DNA of 64,000 nucleotides from an uncultured Nitrospiraceae bacterium (GTDB lineage: Bacteria; Nitrospirota; Nitrospiria; Nitrospirales; Nitrospiraceae), in assembly GCA_963706325.1 (NCBI GenBank), contig CAVPLT010000001.1, forward strand, positions 704,001 to 768,000. Direction: 5' to 3'. Positions within the stretch are counted from its first letter, which is position 1. Every line of letters begins with the position of its first letter. A model generated the notes under the pieces. The model saw only the letters and a program-made list of their open reading frames with translations. It searched no databases and was not told where the DNA came from. A program made the translations under genes and the position numbers. Positions 36,517 to 47,062 of this stretch are shown here, in pieces.

Positions 36517-38265
36517 ATGGAAAAACGCGTCATCGTCTTCTTGATCGTGTCCCTGGCCGTGATCATCGGCTATGACTTCTTGCTCAAAGGCATGGGATTG
36601 GCGCCGTCTCCGGAACCCACGCAGGAGGTTTCCACGGCCGACCGCGCGGTCTCCGTGGGCAAGGCCACAGAGCTTCCTGGGGATTCGGCGAAATCTGCAA
36701 ATCCATCTGACTTCTTACCCGTGGGGGCGCCTGCTTCTGCTGCCACCTCCCCGGCTGGTGCTGTGTCTGCCAGCGAGGAACAGACAGTCGAGATCAATAC
36801 AGAGCTGTTTCGTGCCAAGTTCAGTAATCGCGGGGCGGTGATCAAATCCTGGGAGCTGAAGAAATACACCACGCCTGGCGAGCAAGGCGCGCAGCCCGTG
36901 CAGCTGGTCTATAGCGGTGGAAGGTTCAAAGGTCCCCTCAGTGTGATGACGAATGACCAGGCGCTCACCAACGATCTCGATACGGCCCTCTACCTGGTCA
37001 CCCAGGATGTGTCGCAGCTCGACAGTGCACACCCTGTTGGGCATGTCACCTTCAGGTACCATAATGCTCAGCGAAATGTTGACGTCGAAAAGGAACTCAC
37101 GTTTCACCACGGGACGTATGTGGTGGACATTGCCATCCGAACCCAAGGCTTGACCGCGCCGATCGATGTGACTCTCGGCACCAATTTTGGCATCGTGGAA
37201 TGGGGCGAAGGGTTCATTGGACTCATGGGATCCGCTTCCCTGGTCGATGACAAGGTTCTGAAGGAAACACCTGACGGCGAGGCGGAGCGCAAAGGGGATG
37301 TGAAGTGGTCGGCGATCCAAGATAAGTATTTTCTCAGCGTGCTGATGCCTCAGAAGGCCTCCGCGGCACTCGCCAAGAAAGAGGGGGATAAGTTGGTGTC
37401 GGCCGGAGTCCGTTTCGCCGCACCGACGAATGGGCCGACGATGGTGATGCAGCTCTATGCCGGACCCAAGGAATACGACACGCTGAAGTTATTGAATGTC
37501 GGGTTGGAGGATACGATCGACTTCGGCTGGTTTGTGTTTGGAAGCTGGGGTTTGGTCAAGGCTGTGGCGAAGCCGATCTTCTATGTGTTGCGCTTTCTCT
37601 TCGAGTTTACACACAATTATGGGATTACGATCATCCTTTTGACTCTGTCGATCAAGTTGATATTCGTCCCGCTTCAGTACAAAAGCTACAAGTCAATGAA
37701 GCAAATGCAGGTGATCCAACCGAAGGTCTTGGCTTTGCAGACGAAGCTCAAGGATGATCGCGAGCGGCTGAACAAAGAACTGATCAAGCTATACAAAGAC
37801 CATAAGGTGAATCCTGTCGGTGGGTGTCTTCCGATGGTCCTTCAGATGCCTGTCTTTGTCGCGCTGTTCAATATTTTGTATATGACGATCGATCTCCGGC
37901 AAGCCCCCTTCATGCTCTGGATCAAGGACCTGTCCGTGCAAGATCCCTATTACGTCCTCCCGATCATTATGGGCGCCACGATGGTCATTCAGCAGAAGAT
38001 TACCCCTACGACGATGGACCCAACGCAAGCGAAGATCATGTTGTTCTTGCCCGTATTCATGACGTTCCTGTTCGTGAACTTTCCTGCTGGGTTGGTTCTC
38101 TATTGGTTGACCAACAACGTTCTCACGATTACGCAGCAAGTGGTGACCGAACGTCTCTTTGCAAAGAAGTGGCAGGTTGCTGCCGCGCAAGGTGACGTCC
38201 CGGTCATTGACGAATCCAAACAGCAGAAGACTCAGGGCAAGCGGCGAAATAGCCCGGCCGAGTAA
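36517..38265 (+). CDS. yidC: Membrane protein insertase YidC
   Basis: YAGPKE, NYG, NPVGGCLP, DLSVQDPYY and GLVLYW. Confidence 0.96.
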   Translation: MEKRVIVFLIVSLAVIIGYDFLLKGMGLAPSPEPTQEVSTADRAVSVGKATELPGDSAKSANPSDFLPVGAPASAATSPAGAVSASEEQTVEINTELFRAKFSNRGAVIKSWELKKYTTPGEQGAQPVQLVYSGGRFKGPLSVMTNDQALTNDLDTALYLVTQDVSQLDSAHPVGHVTFRYHNAQRNVDVEKELTFHHGTYVVDIAIRTQGLTAPIDVTLGTNFGIVEWGEGFIGLMGSASLVDDKVLKETPDGEAERKGDVKWSAIQDKYFLSVLMPQKASAALAKKEGDKLVSAGVRFAAPTNGPTMVMQLYAGPKEYDTLKLLNVGLEDTIDFGWFVFGSWGLVKAVAKPIFYVLRFLFEFTHNYGITIILLTLSIKLIFVPLQYKSYKSMKQMQVIQPKVLALQTKLKDDRERLNKELIKLYKDHKVNPVGGCLPMVLQMPVFVALFNILYMTIDLRQAPFMLWIKDLSVQDPYYVLPIIMGATMVIQQKITPTTMDPTQAKIMLFLPVFMTFLFVNFPAGLVLYWLTNNVLTITQQVVTERLFAKKWQVAAAQGDVPVIDESKQQKTQGKRRNSPAE

Positions 38266-38286
38266 TGCTACCTCACTGGGTGCGTC

Positions 38287-39717
38287 ATGCATGACGCGCT
38301 GGATGATACCATCTGTGCTATTGCGACTCCTCCCGGCGAAGGGGGGATCGGCGTGGTTCGCATCAGCGGGCCTCGTGCTCTCGACCTCGCCTCCCACGTC
38401 GTTCATCTCCGATCAGGCGCATCGCTTCAAACCCTTCGACCCCGTGTGATGGCGTTGGCCGATGTCTGCTCACGAAGCATGGTGGCACCTATTCCGATCC
38501 CGTCTGACGCGCGCGCACATTCATTTATCGATGAAGCGCTGGTGGTCGTAATGCGACGGCCGCATTCTTTCACGGGAGAGGATGTCGTCGAGGTCCAGTG
38601 CCACGGCGGTCCGGTGATCCTTGATCAGCTGTGCCGGGCCTTGATGTCCGCGGGAGCCCGACTGGCCGCGCCGGGGGAATTTACCAAGCGAGCATTTCTG
38701 AATGGCCGGTTAGATCTCGCGCAGGCCGAAGCGGTACTTGATACCATTCGCGCGAAGACCGCACGGAGCCTGGCGATCGCCCAAGCGCAGCGGCGGGGAG
38801 AATTATCACAGGAGGTTGAGGCGACGCGCTCTGTGCTGGTCGTGGCTCTCGCGCACATCGAGGCAGCGCTGGATTTTGCGGAGGAGGATATCACGTTTGT
38901 GCAGCAGGACGAACTGATACGACTGCTTGAAGGGGCCACAACCAGGCTGCGACAATTGGTCCGGTCAGGCGAGGAGGGCCGCCTGTGGCGGGAGGGGGCT
39001 GCCGTGGCGATCCTGGGCCGTCCGAATGTCGGCAAGTCCAGTTTAATGAACGCCTTACTCAAAGCTGATCGTGCCATTGTCACGCCGGTTCCCGGCACGA
39101 CGCGAGACATGCTCGAAGAAGTCGTCAGTCTAGACGGCATTCCGGTGCGATTGTTCGATACTGCCGGCATTCGGTCAACGGATGATCCGGTGGAGGCCGA
39201 GGGGATTCGCCGCAGCCACCTTGCGTGGGAGGAGGCGGACCTCGCTCTTATTCTATTAGACGGGTCGCAGCCGTTGTCGGAAAGCGATCGGGTTTTGCTG
39301 GCTCGTCAGGAGGCATCGCAGGCCTTGCTGGTCATCAATAAGTGCGATCTGGACAGGAGACTGTTGAAGGAGGAGCTTGTGCGCGCCTGTCCTTCCAGCG
39401 CGGGCGTCATCGACATTTCGGCGAAAATGCAGGTCGGTCTGGACGGCTTGAGAGCGGCCATTCGCAGCCGACTGACGCCGGACAGGTTAGAGGCCCAGGA
39501 CAGTGTCCTCGTGACAAACATTCGCCATGCCTCGGCGCTTGACCGGGCTTTGCAGGGTGTCGAGCAAGCCCGATGCTCGGTCGAGGCTGGACGCCCGGGC
39601 GAGTTGGTTGCCATGGATCTTCGCATTGCGGCAGATGCATTAGGCGAGATCACGGGTGTCATCACTACGGATGAAATTTTGGAGCGGATCTTCGCGGAAT
39701 TTTGCATTGGGAAATGA
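38287..39717 (+). CDS. mnmE: tRNA modification GTPase
   Basis: [27 protein letters not shown] and C-terminal FCIGK. Confidence 0.97.
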   Translation: MHDALDDTICAIATPPGEGGIGVVRISGPRALDLASHVVHLRSGASLQTLRPRVMALADVCSRSMVAPIPIPSDARAHSFIDEALVVVMRRPHSFTGEDVVEVQCHGGPVILDQLCRALMSAGARLAAPGEFTKRAFLNGRLDLAQAEAVLDTIRAKTARSLAIAQAQRRGELSQEVEATRSVLVVALAHIEAALDFAEEDITFVQQDELIRLLEGATTRLRQLVRSGEEGRLWREGAAVAILGRPNVGKSSLMNALLKADRAIVTPVPGTTRDMLEEVVSLDGIPVRLFDTAGIRSTDDPVEAEGIRRSHLAWEEADLALILLDGSQPLSESDRVLLARQEASQALLVINKCDLDRRLLKEELVRACPSSAGVIDISAKMQVGLDGLRAAIRSRLTPDRLEAQDSVLVTNIRHASALDRALQGVEQARCSVEAGRPGELVAMDLRIAADALGEITGVITTDEILERIFAEFCIGK

Positions 39718-39730
39718 AAGGACTCTAGCC

Positions 39731-41608
39731 GTGAGTGAACAATGTGACGTCATTGTCGTCGGTGGCGGGCATGCGGGGTGCGAAGCGGCGCTAGCGGCGG
39801 CTCGCATGGGCGCGCGCACGGTCTTGCTGACTATGGATCCGGACCGTATTGCCCAGATGTCGTGCAATCCTGCCATCGGTGGCATTGCAAAAGGCCATTT
39901 GGTCAAAGAAATCGACGCTTTGGGTGGTGAAATGGGGCGGAATACGGACCAGGCTGGTATTCAATTTCGCATGATCAATACCAGCAAGGGACCAGCGGTT
40001 CGTGCCTTACGCGCGCAGTGCGACAAAAAAATCTATCGCGAGGTCATGCAACTCACCCTTCGCGCGCAGCCTGGACTGGAAATCATGTGTGGCACGGTCG
40101 ACCGTATCCTGACCCAGGCCGGAGCGGTGACCGGCGTGGTGACTGATGGGGGGCGACACATCCAGGCCAGGGCCGTTGTGCTTACGTCAGGTACGTTTCT
40201 GAAGGGATTGATCCATATCGGTCTGAACCATTTTCCGGCCGGACGCGCAGGAGAAGCCTCTGCGGAACATCTCTCCGATTGTATGCGCGATTTTGGTTTT
40301 GAAGTCGGCAGGCTTAAGACTGGGACCCCTCCCAGGCTCGATCGAGACTCGATCGATTTTACCGTCATGATTCCTCAGCCAGGCGATGACCCGCCACCTC
40401 CATTCTCCTATCGAACTAAACATATTCCGTTACCGCAGGTGCCCTGCCATTTGACGTATACTAATACGCAAACGCATGAAATTATTGCTAAAAATATAGA
40501 CAGATCGCCTTTATTCAGTGGGATCATTAATTCCGCTGGTCCGCGCTATTGTCCATCCATAGAGGATAAGGTGGTTAGGTTTGCCGACAAAGATCGTCAC
40601 CAGATTTTTATCGAGCCTGAAGGGTTAGACACCAACGAGTTTTACCCTAATGGGATCTCAACCAGTTTGCCGGTTGATGTTCAGGCTGCCATGCTAAAAA
40701 CCATTTCAGGCCTCGAGCAAGCCAGGATTTTGAAACCAGGATACGCGGTCGAATATGATTTCTTCCCTCCGCGTCAGCTTCACAATACCCTGGAAACCAA
40801 ATTAGTCGAGGGGCTTTATCATGCTGGTCAGATCAATGGGACGTCCGGGTACGAAGAGGCCGGCGCTCAAGGGATCATGGCTGGCATCAATGCGGCGTTA
40901 AAGCTGCGTGGCGATCAGCCTCTCGTGCTCGAACGTTCACAGGCCTATATTGGCGTGTTGATTGATGATTTGATCACCAAAGATGCAAGAGAACCCTATC
41001 GCATGTTCACCTCTCGCGCGGAGTATCGTCTGTTGCTTCGTCACGATAATGCCGACCTCCGCCTGATGGATATCGGGCATCGGATCGGGCTTGTATCTGA
41101 TGACGTACATCGCAAGCTTGAAGCGAAGCGAGATGCCATCGACCATGAGGTTCAAAGGCTCAGAGACACGAGACCAAGGCTGACGCCGGATGTGAAGCGA
41201 CTGATAGAGGAGTGGGATATAGGAGCGGTAGGTCCAACACAATCGCTGGCTGAAATCCTCAGGCGTCAGGATCTCACTTATAAAAAGATCGTGTCCGTAT
41301 TCGGCGGGGCTGATATTGATGATCCTGACATCCTTGAAGCGATTCAGCTTGAGGTGAAATATGAAGGATATATCAAGCGTCAGTTCCAGCAGATTCAGCG
41401 GTCTGAGCGGTTGGAGCATCGAACCATTCCATCTAGCTTTGATTATGATGGCATCACGGGTTTTTCAAGTGAAGTGAGGGAGAAACTCAAGCGAGTCAAA
41501 CCGGCATCCGTCGGCCAGGCATCCCGCATTTCAGGGGTAACCCCCGCGGCCATTTCTTTGCTGCTCGTGGCAATTGAGAGGTCTCGACGACAACCCACGC
41601 ATCGGTGA
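39731..41608 (+). CDS. mnmG: tRNA U34 carboxymethylaminomethyl modification enzyme (GidA)
   Basis: [39 protein letters not shown] and [10 protein letters not shown]. Confidence 0.97.
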   Translation: MSEQCDVIVVGGGHAGCEAALAAARMGARTVLLTMDPDRIAQMSCNPAIGGIAKGHLVKEIDALGGEMGRNTDQAGIQFRMINTSKGPAVRALRAQCDKKIYREVMQLTLRAQPGLEIMCGTVDRILTQAGAVTGVVTDGGRHIQARAVVLTSGTFLKGLIHIGLNHFPAGRAGEASAEHLSDCMRDFGFEVGRLKTGTPPRLDRDSIDFTVMIPQPGDDPPPPFSYRTKHIPLPQVPCHLTYTNTQTHEIIAKNIDRSPLFSGIINSAGPRYCPSIEDKVVRFADKDRHQIFIEPEGLDTNEFYPNGISTSLPVDVQAAMLKTISGLEQARILKPGYAVEYDFFPPRQLHNTLETKLVEGLYHAGQINGTSGYEEAGAQGIMAGINAALKLRGDQPLVLERSQAYIGVLIDDLITKDAREPYRMFTSRAEYRLLLRHDNADLRLMDIGHRIGLVSDDVHRKLEAKRDAIDHEVQRLRDTRPRLTPDVKRLIEEWDIGAVGPTQSLAEILRRQDLTYKKIVSVFGGADIDDPDILEAIQLEVKYEGYIKRQFQQIQRSERLEHRTIPSSFDYDGITGFSSEVREKLKRVKPASVGQASRISGVTPAAISLLLVAIERSRRQPTHR

Positions 41609-41697
41609 ATTGAATCGTTCGCATCATTTCCGCATCATACTTATTGTCTCTCCTCATTCGACGGAACAAACTTGACCATTGAGTTCGTTTGGCGTAA

Positions 41698-42363
41698 TTG
41701 TTCCACGTGGAACAGGACCTCATTCCGATAGCCGAACTACTTAAGAAATTAGCAGCCGAGCTTTCTCTTTCCATTCCTGATTCCGCTATCCCCGATTTTT
41801 TGAGTTACCTCAGCCAGCTGAAGAAGTGGAATAAGGCAATCAATCTCACGGCAATCCAGGATGATCGCGAGATTGTAGTGAAGCATTTCATTGATTCTTT
41901 GGCAGGCATGAAAGTCATTGAAATAACTAATGAATGTACAATGTTGGATGTTGGCGCTGGTGCCGGATTCCCTGCTATTCCCATAAAATTAGTACGGCGT
42001 GATCTGTCTATTGAGCTGCTCGAGCCAAGCGAAAGAAAAGGGTCCTTTCTGCGGTATGTCATAGGTTCACTCGGGCTCCGTGGTGCGTCGGTCGCGACAA
42101 TCAAATTAGAGAACTACGTCAAGCGCGAAAGTAATCGAAGGCTTTTTGATTACATCGTAGTCCGGGCATTTAGGGTCGATACGTTGGGGCTTGCATTGGG
42201 AAGTTTGCTCAAAGAGGGAGGGAAGCTCGTGCTGTTCCGGGCCGCAAAGGTCGAGCCCGATTTCAGGCTCGATAGCCTTGCTTTGATCCAGGAACTCGAG
42301 TATGAGCTTCCATCTGGTTACGGTCACCGAACGCTGTCTGTCTTTTCAAGGCTGACAGCATAA
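41698..42363 (+). CDS. rsmG: 16S rRNA m7G527 methyltransferase (GidB)
   Basis: WNKAINLTA, KHFIDS and DVGAGAGFP; start TTG 41698 or GTG 41707, both overlapping parS. Confidence 0.93.
   Translation: MFHVEQDLIPIAELLKKLAAELSLSIPDSAIPDFLSYLSQLKKWNKAINLTAIQDDREIVVKHFIDSLAGMKVIEITNECTMLDVGAGAGFPAIPIKLVRRDLSIELLEPSERKGSFLRYVIGSLGLRGASVATIKLENYVKRESNRRLFDYIVVRAFRVDTLGLALGSLLKEGGKLVLFRAAKVEPDFRLDSLALIQELEYELPSGYGHRTLSVFSRLTA
41699..41714. promoter_or_regulatory. parS: parS centromere site
   Basis: Perfect palindrome TGTTCCACGTGGAACA matching TGTTNCACGTGAAACA-type consensus. Confidence 0.92.
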
Positions 42364-42369
42364 TGGTAG

Positions 42370-42385
42370 TGTTCCACGTGGAACA
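42370..42385. promoter_or_regulatory. parS: parS centromere site
   Basis: Second identical TGTTCCACGTGGAACA, 44 nt upstream of parA. Confidence 0.93.
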
Positions 42386-42429
42386 GTCGTTCGGCTTACA
42401 GGCTTAGTCACGGAGGAGTGAGGAACTGA

Positions 42430-43206
42430 ATGGCTCGGATCATCGCTGTCGCAAATCAGAAAGGTGGAGTGGGAAAAACCACGACCTCGGTGAATCTTGC
42501 CGCCGCGCTAGCGGTAGAAGGGGAGTCGGTCCTCTTGATTGACATCGATCCTCAGGGTAACGCGACGAGCGGTCTTGGCGTGGATCCTATGTCATTGGGA
42601 AAAACTATCTACAACGCATTGATAAGTGGGGATAGTATCGAATCCATTACTATGCAGACGGCAGTCAATGGCCTTTCGCTAGTGCCGTCCAACTCGCATC
42701 TTGCCGGGGCCGAGGTTGACCTAGTGAATATGGAAGGCCGCGAACAGCGTCTCAAAGAGGCCTTGTCTGACGTCATCGGCCGCTATGCTACGATTTTGCT
42801 GGATTGCCCTCCCGCCCTCGGACTCCTGACCATCAATGCGATGGTGGCTGCCCACTCTGTCCTCATCCCGGTGCAATGCGAATATTATGCGATGGAGGGG
42901 CTAGGCCGACTCATGGAGAGCATTCAACGGCTCAGGCAATCTCTCAATCCTGAGTTGGAAATCGAGGGGATTGTGCTCACGATGTACGACGCTCGTAATT
43001 CCCTGGCTCGTCAGGTCGTGGAGCAAATTCGAGGACATTTTAAGGAGAATGTGTATCAAACGATGATTCCCCGCAATGTGACGTTAGCGGAGGCGCCCAG
43101 TTATGGCCGGCCCGCGTTGCTCTATAACGTCGCGTCAGCCGGAGCCCAAGCCTATCTTTCACTAGCCAAGGAGTTTGTGGTCCATGGAGAAAAAAGCGCT
43201 CGGTAG
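42430..43206 (+). CDS. parA: Chromosome partitioning ATPase ParA/Soj
   Basis: NQKGGVGKTT, DIDPQGN, DCPP and IPRNVTLAEAPS. Confidence 0.97.
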   Translation: MARIIAVANQKGGVGKTTTSVNLAAALAVEGESVLLIDIDPQGNATSGLGVDPMSLGKTIYNALISGDSIESITMQTAVNGLSLVPSNSHLAGAEVDLVNMEGREQRLKEALSDVIGRYATILLDCPPALGLLTINAMVAAHSVLIPVQCEYYAMEGLGRLMESIQRLRQSLNPELEIEGIVLTMYDARNSLARQVVEQIRGHFKENVYQTMIPRNVTLAEAPSYGRPALLYNVASAGAQAYLSLAKEFVVHGEKSAR

Positions 43207-44032
43207 AGGCCTCGACGCATTGTTGCCGACTGGTAGAACCACGGCGGAGCCGGAGCGTGGCGATGTGCAGGAATTACGCCTCGAGTCGATTGTACCAAAC
43301 CGGTTTCAGCCTCGACAGCAATTCTCTGAGGTTGAGTTGGCAGAATTGACTGCTTCCTTGAAGCAGAATGGCCTCCTCCAACCAATCTTGGTGCGGCGCA
43401 AAGGTGACGGCATTTTTGAATTGATCGCTGGTGAGAGGCGCCTGAGAGCGGCTAAGTTAGCGGGAATGCAGAATATTCCTGCTCTTGTTCGAAATGTATC
43501 CGATCAGGAGTCGATGGTGCTGGCGCTGGTAGAGAACCTTCAGCGCGATGATCTCAACCCCATGGAGACAGCGCGGGCATATCGGCGCATGTTGAACGAA
43601 TTCGGTCTGACGCAGGAGGCGATTGCACAAAAAGTGGCCCGCGATCGTTCGTCCGTCGCGAACCTGCTGCGGTTGATGTCGCTTCCCCCTGACGTACAAC
43701 AGATGGTTGAGTCGGATCAGCTTTCCGCAGGACATGCCAAGGTGATCCTGGGCCTTATAACGCCGGCCGCCCAGTTACATTTGGCGCAGCAGATTGTCAA
43801 AGACCAATTGTCCGTGCGCGAGGCCGAACAACTTGTGCAGGCACATGCCGGGGCGCGGAAGACAGGGAAGCGACCGCTGCGGGTCCCATTACGATCCGAC
43901 CTGGAGGAACGATTGCAAAAGCGTTTTGGAACCAGGGTAGATGTTCAAAAGCGACGCCGGGGCGGCAAAATCGTCATTCATTATTTTTCACCAGAAGAAT
44001 TGGACGGCGTGGTCGAGCGACTCCTTAACTAG
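43184..44032 (+). CDS. parB: Chromosome partitioning protein ParB/Spo0J
   Basis: LGRGLDAL, QPR, IAGERRLRA and ENLQRDDL; HTH. Confidence 0.97.
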   Translation: MEKKALGRGLDALLPTGRTTAEPERGDVQELRLESIVPNRFQPRQQFSEVELAELTASLKQNGLLQPILVRRKGDGIFELIAGERRLRAAKLAGMQNIPALVRNVSDQESMVLALVENLQRDDLNPMETARAYRRMLNEFGLTQEAIAQKVARDRSSVANLLRLMSLPPDVQQMVESDQLSAGHAKVILGLITPAAQLHLAQQIVKDQLSVREAEQLVQAHAGARKTGKRPLRVPLRSDLEERLQKRFGTRVDVQKRRRGGKIVIHYFSPEELDGVVERLLN

Positions 44033-44187
44033 CTAGAGTGGAATATTATGGGGAAGATTTTTCCCTCTCGGCCAGAGTAGAATGCCGACTTGGTTTATTG
44101 GCCTGAATGGAAAATTATCCGGTAGGTGATTGAGATCCTCCCGGTCTGATCAACTGAATTGAAGCAACCCCGTGGGAGGTATGAGCG

Positions 44188-44670
44188 ATGTGGATTAAAG
44201 AAAAACAGGACGGGAAGCGTCCGGCAGGACAAGGCGAAGGAGCTGATATGGACAATTTAGAAGCTGCGGCACCGCGCGAAGGGAACGAAGAGATCAATGC
44301 CTTTGTTGGGAAGGGCGTCAGCTTTAAGGGGGTCATTTCCTACAACGGCACCGTACGAATCGATGGCAATCTCGATGGTGAAATCCATACGGAAGGCGTG
44401 TTGTTGGTCGGTGAGGATGCGGTCTTGACCGCGAAGATCACCGCCGGTACCGTCGTGTGCAAAGGGAAAATCACCGGCGACATCAGTGCTCGCGAGAAAG
44501 TGAAGCTGCGCGCCCCCGCTGTCGTGAATGCCGGCGTGAAAGCCCCACTCATCTCCATGGAGGAAGGCGTCGTATTCAACGGGACGTTGGAAATGAGTCA
44601 GTCGGCGACGCGGGAGCCGCAGGGGCAGGGGGCCACGCGGGGGCAGAGCGTCAAGTTGGTGGGCGGATAG
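44188..44670 (+). CDS. Bactofilin (polymer-forming cytoskeletal protein)
   Basis: VGKGVSFKG..VRIDG..GEI and EEGVVFNG; GGAGG SD. Confidence 0.92.
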   Translation: MWIKEKQDGKRPAGQGEGADMDNLEAAAPREGNEEINAFVGKGVSFKGVISYNGTVRIDGNLDGEIHTEGVLLVGEDAVLTAKITAGTVVCKGKITGDISAREKVKLRAPAVVNAGVKAPLISMEEGVVFNGTLEMSQSATREPQGQGATRGQSVKLVGG

Positions 44671-44798
44671 ACCACCTGAAGGGCAAATCCGTGGACAGAA
44701 TCGCGCTTGGCTTGTATGCAGAAGTCAGGCGCGGTGATCTTGTACGCAGGTCGCGCCCCGGCCGGTCACAGTGGTTGGGTGTGTGAAGGAGGTCGCCG

Positions 44799-45254
44799 AT
44801 GTGGGGTGAGACAAAAAAGCAGCCCGTCGCGGAAGATGACAAGTTTACATTTCTCGGGAAGGGAACGAGCTTTAAAGGGATTGTCACGTTTGACGGCACG
44901 GTCCGTATCGATGGCCGCGTCGAGGGTGAAGTGCATACAGGCGGAGCGGTCATCATTGGCGAAAGCGCAATCATCAAGGGAGTGATCTCTGCCGGTTCCG
45001 TCGCCATCAGTGGGCGGGTCAAAGGTACGGTGACCGCGCTCCAGAAGGTTGAGCTTCAAAAACCCGGCATTCTCATCGGGGACATTCAGAGTCCGGTTAT
45101 TATAATTGAGGAAGGCGCTCATTTTCACGGCCTGAGTAACATGGGCGCAGAGAAATGGGTGGAGGACGATGTGACGGAACTCGGCTCGCCGCCGGATTCA
45201 GGGGTGCGTGACCTCGTCGCACATCGCGGTAAAGCCAAAACGTACGAACCGTAA
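44799..45254 (+). CDS. Bactofilin, second paralog
   Basis: LGKGTSFKG..VRIDG and IEEGAHFHG; AGGAGG SD. Confidence 0.92.
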   Translation: MWGETKKQPVAEDDKFTFLGKGTSFKGIVTFDGTVRIDGRVEGEVHTGGAVIIGESAIIKGVISAGSVAISGRVKGTVTALQKVELQKPGILIGDIQSPVIIIEEGAHFHGLSNMGAEKWVEDDVTELGSPPDSGVRDLVAHRGKAKTYEP

Positions 45255-45285
45255 CCGCTCGTCCAGCCTTCTCTCGGAACCCTTT

Positions 45286-46368
45286 ATGACACGTCCAACA
45301 GTGCTGCTTGGCATGAGCGGCGGAGTGGATAGCTCCGTCGCCGCTTCCCTCTTGGTGCGCCAGGGATATGATGTTCATGGCGTCACGCTCCAGGTTTGGG
45401 AACATGAGGATGAGCAGGTAGCCGCATCCAAGCGGTGGGAGGAGCGTGGCTGTTGCAAGATTGGCATTGCCAAGTTCGTCGCGCAGCGCCTGGACATCCC
45501 TTACGAAGTCGTTGACCGCCGCGAAGCATTTCAACAAGGGGTGATCGAAGACTTCGTGGAGGGCTATGCGTCCGGCACGACGCCCAATCCTTGCGTACGA
45601 TGCAACGAGCGCGTGAAGCTGCGCTCTCTGTATGATTTGGCGCAGGAGCGAGGGATGGATTATGTGGCTACCGGACACTACGCGCGTGTTCAACAGGCGG
45701 CGGGAGTATGGACACTGCACCGGGCGTTGGACCAGCGCAAGGATCAAAGTTATTTCCTGTACCGTCTCAGCGCCGATTGGCTGCCTCGTCTGATGTTTCC
45801 GGTCGGACATATGCAGAAGCGCGAGGTATGGCAGGAGGCCGAATCGCTTGGTTTGCCGGTGGATGAACTCAAGGAAAGCCAGGAAATTTGTTTTGTAAGT
45901 CATGGCGACTATCGCACCTTTATCGAGCAAGAGCGTCCGGAGGTGAAGCAGCCTGGCCCATTTGTGGGAGTGGATGGTGAGGTCCTCGGGCAGCACGAAG
46001 GTATCGCCTTTTACACCCCTGGCCAGCGGCGTGGATTGGGGATCGCGGTCGGGCAGAGGCTCTATGTTCAGAAGGTCGTGCCGGAGTCGAGCCGAGTGGT
46101 GCTGTGCACGGAAGATCAGCTGGTCCAGACGGATTGCTACGTAGGTGATCTCAGTCTCCTAGATCTCAGAGTCAATCGGCAAGTGATGGAGGCTGAGGTG
46201 AAGATTCGTTATGCGACGCCTCCGTCGACTTCCACTCTCGTACCTTCGGAGAACGGAACGCTCCACCTTCGATTCCATCAGCCGCAACGTGCACTCAGTC
46301 CCGGCCAATCCGCGGTATTTTACGATGGCGACCGAGTCCTCGGCGGCGGGATCATCCAGCGTGCCTAG
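45286..46368 (+). CDS. mnmA: tRNA-specific 2-thiouridylase (C-type, CxxC)
   Basis: MSGGVDS, PNPCVRCN, ATGHYA, KDQSYFL, QEICF and PGQSAVFY. Confidence 0.96.
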   Translation: MTRPTVLLGMSGGVDSSVAASLLVRQGYDVHGVTLQVWEHEDEQVAASKRWEERGCCKIGIAKFVAQRLDIPYEVVDRREAFQQGVIEDFVEGYASGTTPNPCVRCNERVKLRSLYDLAQERGMDYVATGHYARVQQAAGVWTLHRALDQRKDQSYFLYRLSADWLPRLMFPVGHMQKREVWQEAESLGLPVDELKESQEICFVSHGDYRTFIEQERPEVKQPGPFVGVDGEVLGQHEGIAFYTPGQRRGLGIAVGQRLYVQKVVPESSRVVLCTEDQLVQTDCYVGDLSLLDLRVNRQVMEAEVKIRYATPPSTSTLVPSENGTLHLRFHQPQRALSPGQSAVFYDGDRVLGGGIIQRA

Positions 46369-46412
46369 GGACCGACGTTCCTCTTCCTTCACTTCAACGC
46401 TCACTCGCATCC

Positions 46413-46442
46413 TTGACAGTACCCGCTTTTGAATGCTAACTT
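46413..46442 (+). promoter_or_regulatory. sigma70 promoter of atpHAGDC
   Basis: TTGACA-18-TAACTT with extended -10 TG. Confidence 0.6.
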
Positions 46443-46520
46443 GGCGCGCTTTTTGTCGTGCCCGCCGCACGGAAGCTTTCCCTTTGATCAAAACACGGTT
46501 AACCACAGCGGATAGTCAAT

Positions 46521-47060
46521 TTGATTAAGACAGCCGTCGCACGTCGATACGCAAAAGCTCTGTTCGAACTTCTTGATGCGTCCAGGGTGGAGCCTGCCCG
46601 CGTGGCCTTGCAGGGCCTCGGGGAGGCATTTTCGCAATCGGCTGCCTTACGCCATGCCGTCGCCTCACCTGTCTTTCCGGAAGAATCAAAATTGAGCGTG
46701 TTGATCGAGTTGGCCACCCGTCTCGGATGCCCACCGATCGGCAAGAAATTTTTGGATCAGTTGGTAAAAAAAAATCGGGTGAGTTTCCTGCCAGACATTG
46801 CCGAGGCCTTCGCCAAATTAGTGGATGCGTCCAAGGGGACCCTAAAAGTCTCGGTGTCATCCGCGAACGCGATGCCTGTTGTCGAGCAAGAGCGAATCAC
46901 TACTCGGTTGCGCGACTTCTTGAAGCGCGACGTGGATGTCACATTTCATGCCGAACCTAAACATGTCGCCGGCCTTCATATCCGCCTGGGCAGTACCGTC
47001 GTAGACAGCACGGTCAGGGGCCGACTGAGCGCCATGCAGCGTATGTTGACCAAGGAGTAG
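46521..47060 (+). CDS. atpH: ATP synthase F1 delta subunit
   Basis: ARRYAKAL and [16 protein letters not shown] start. Confidence 0.95.
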   Translation: MIKTAVARRYAKALFELLDASRVEPARVALQGLGEAFSQSAALRHAVASPVFPEESKLSVLIELATRLGCPPIGKKFLDQLVKKNRVSFLPDIAEAFAKLVDASKGTLKVSVSSANAMPVVEQERITTRLRDFLKRDVDVTFHAEPKHVAGLHIRLGSTVVDSTVRGRLSAMQRMLTKE

Positions 47061-47062
47061 CC

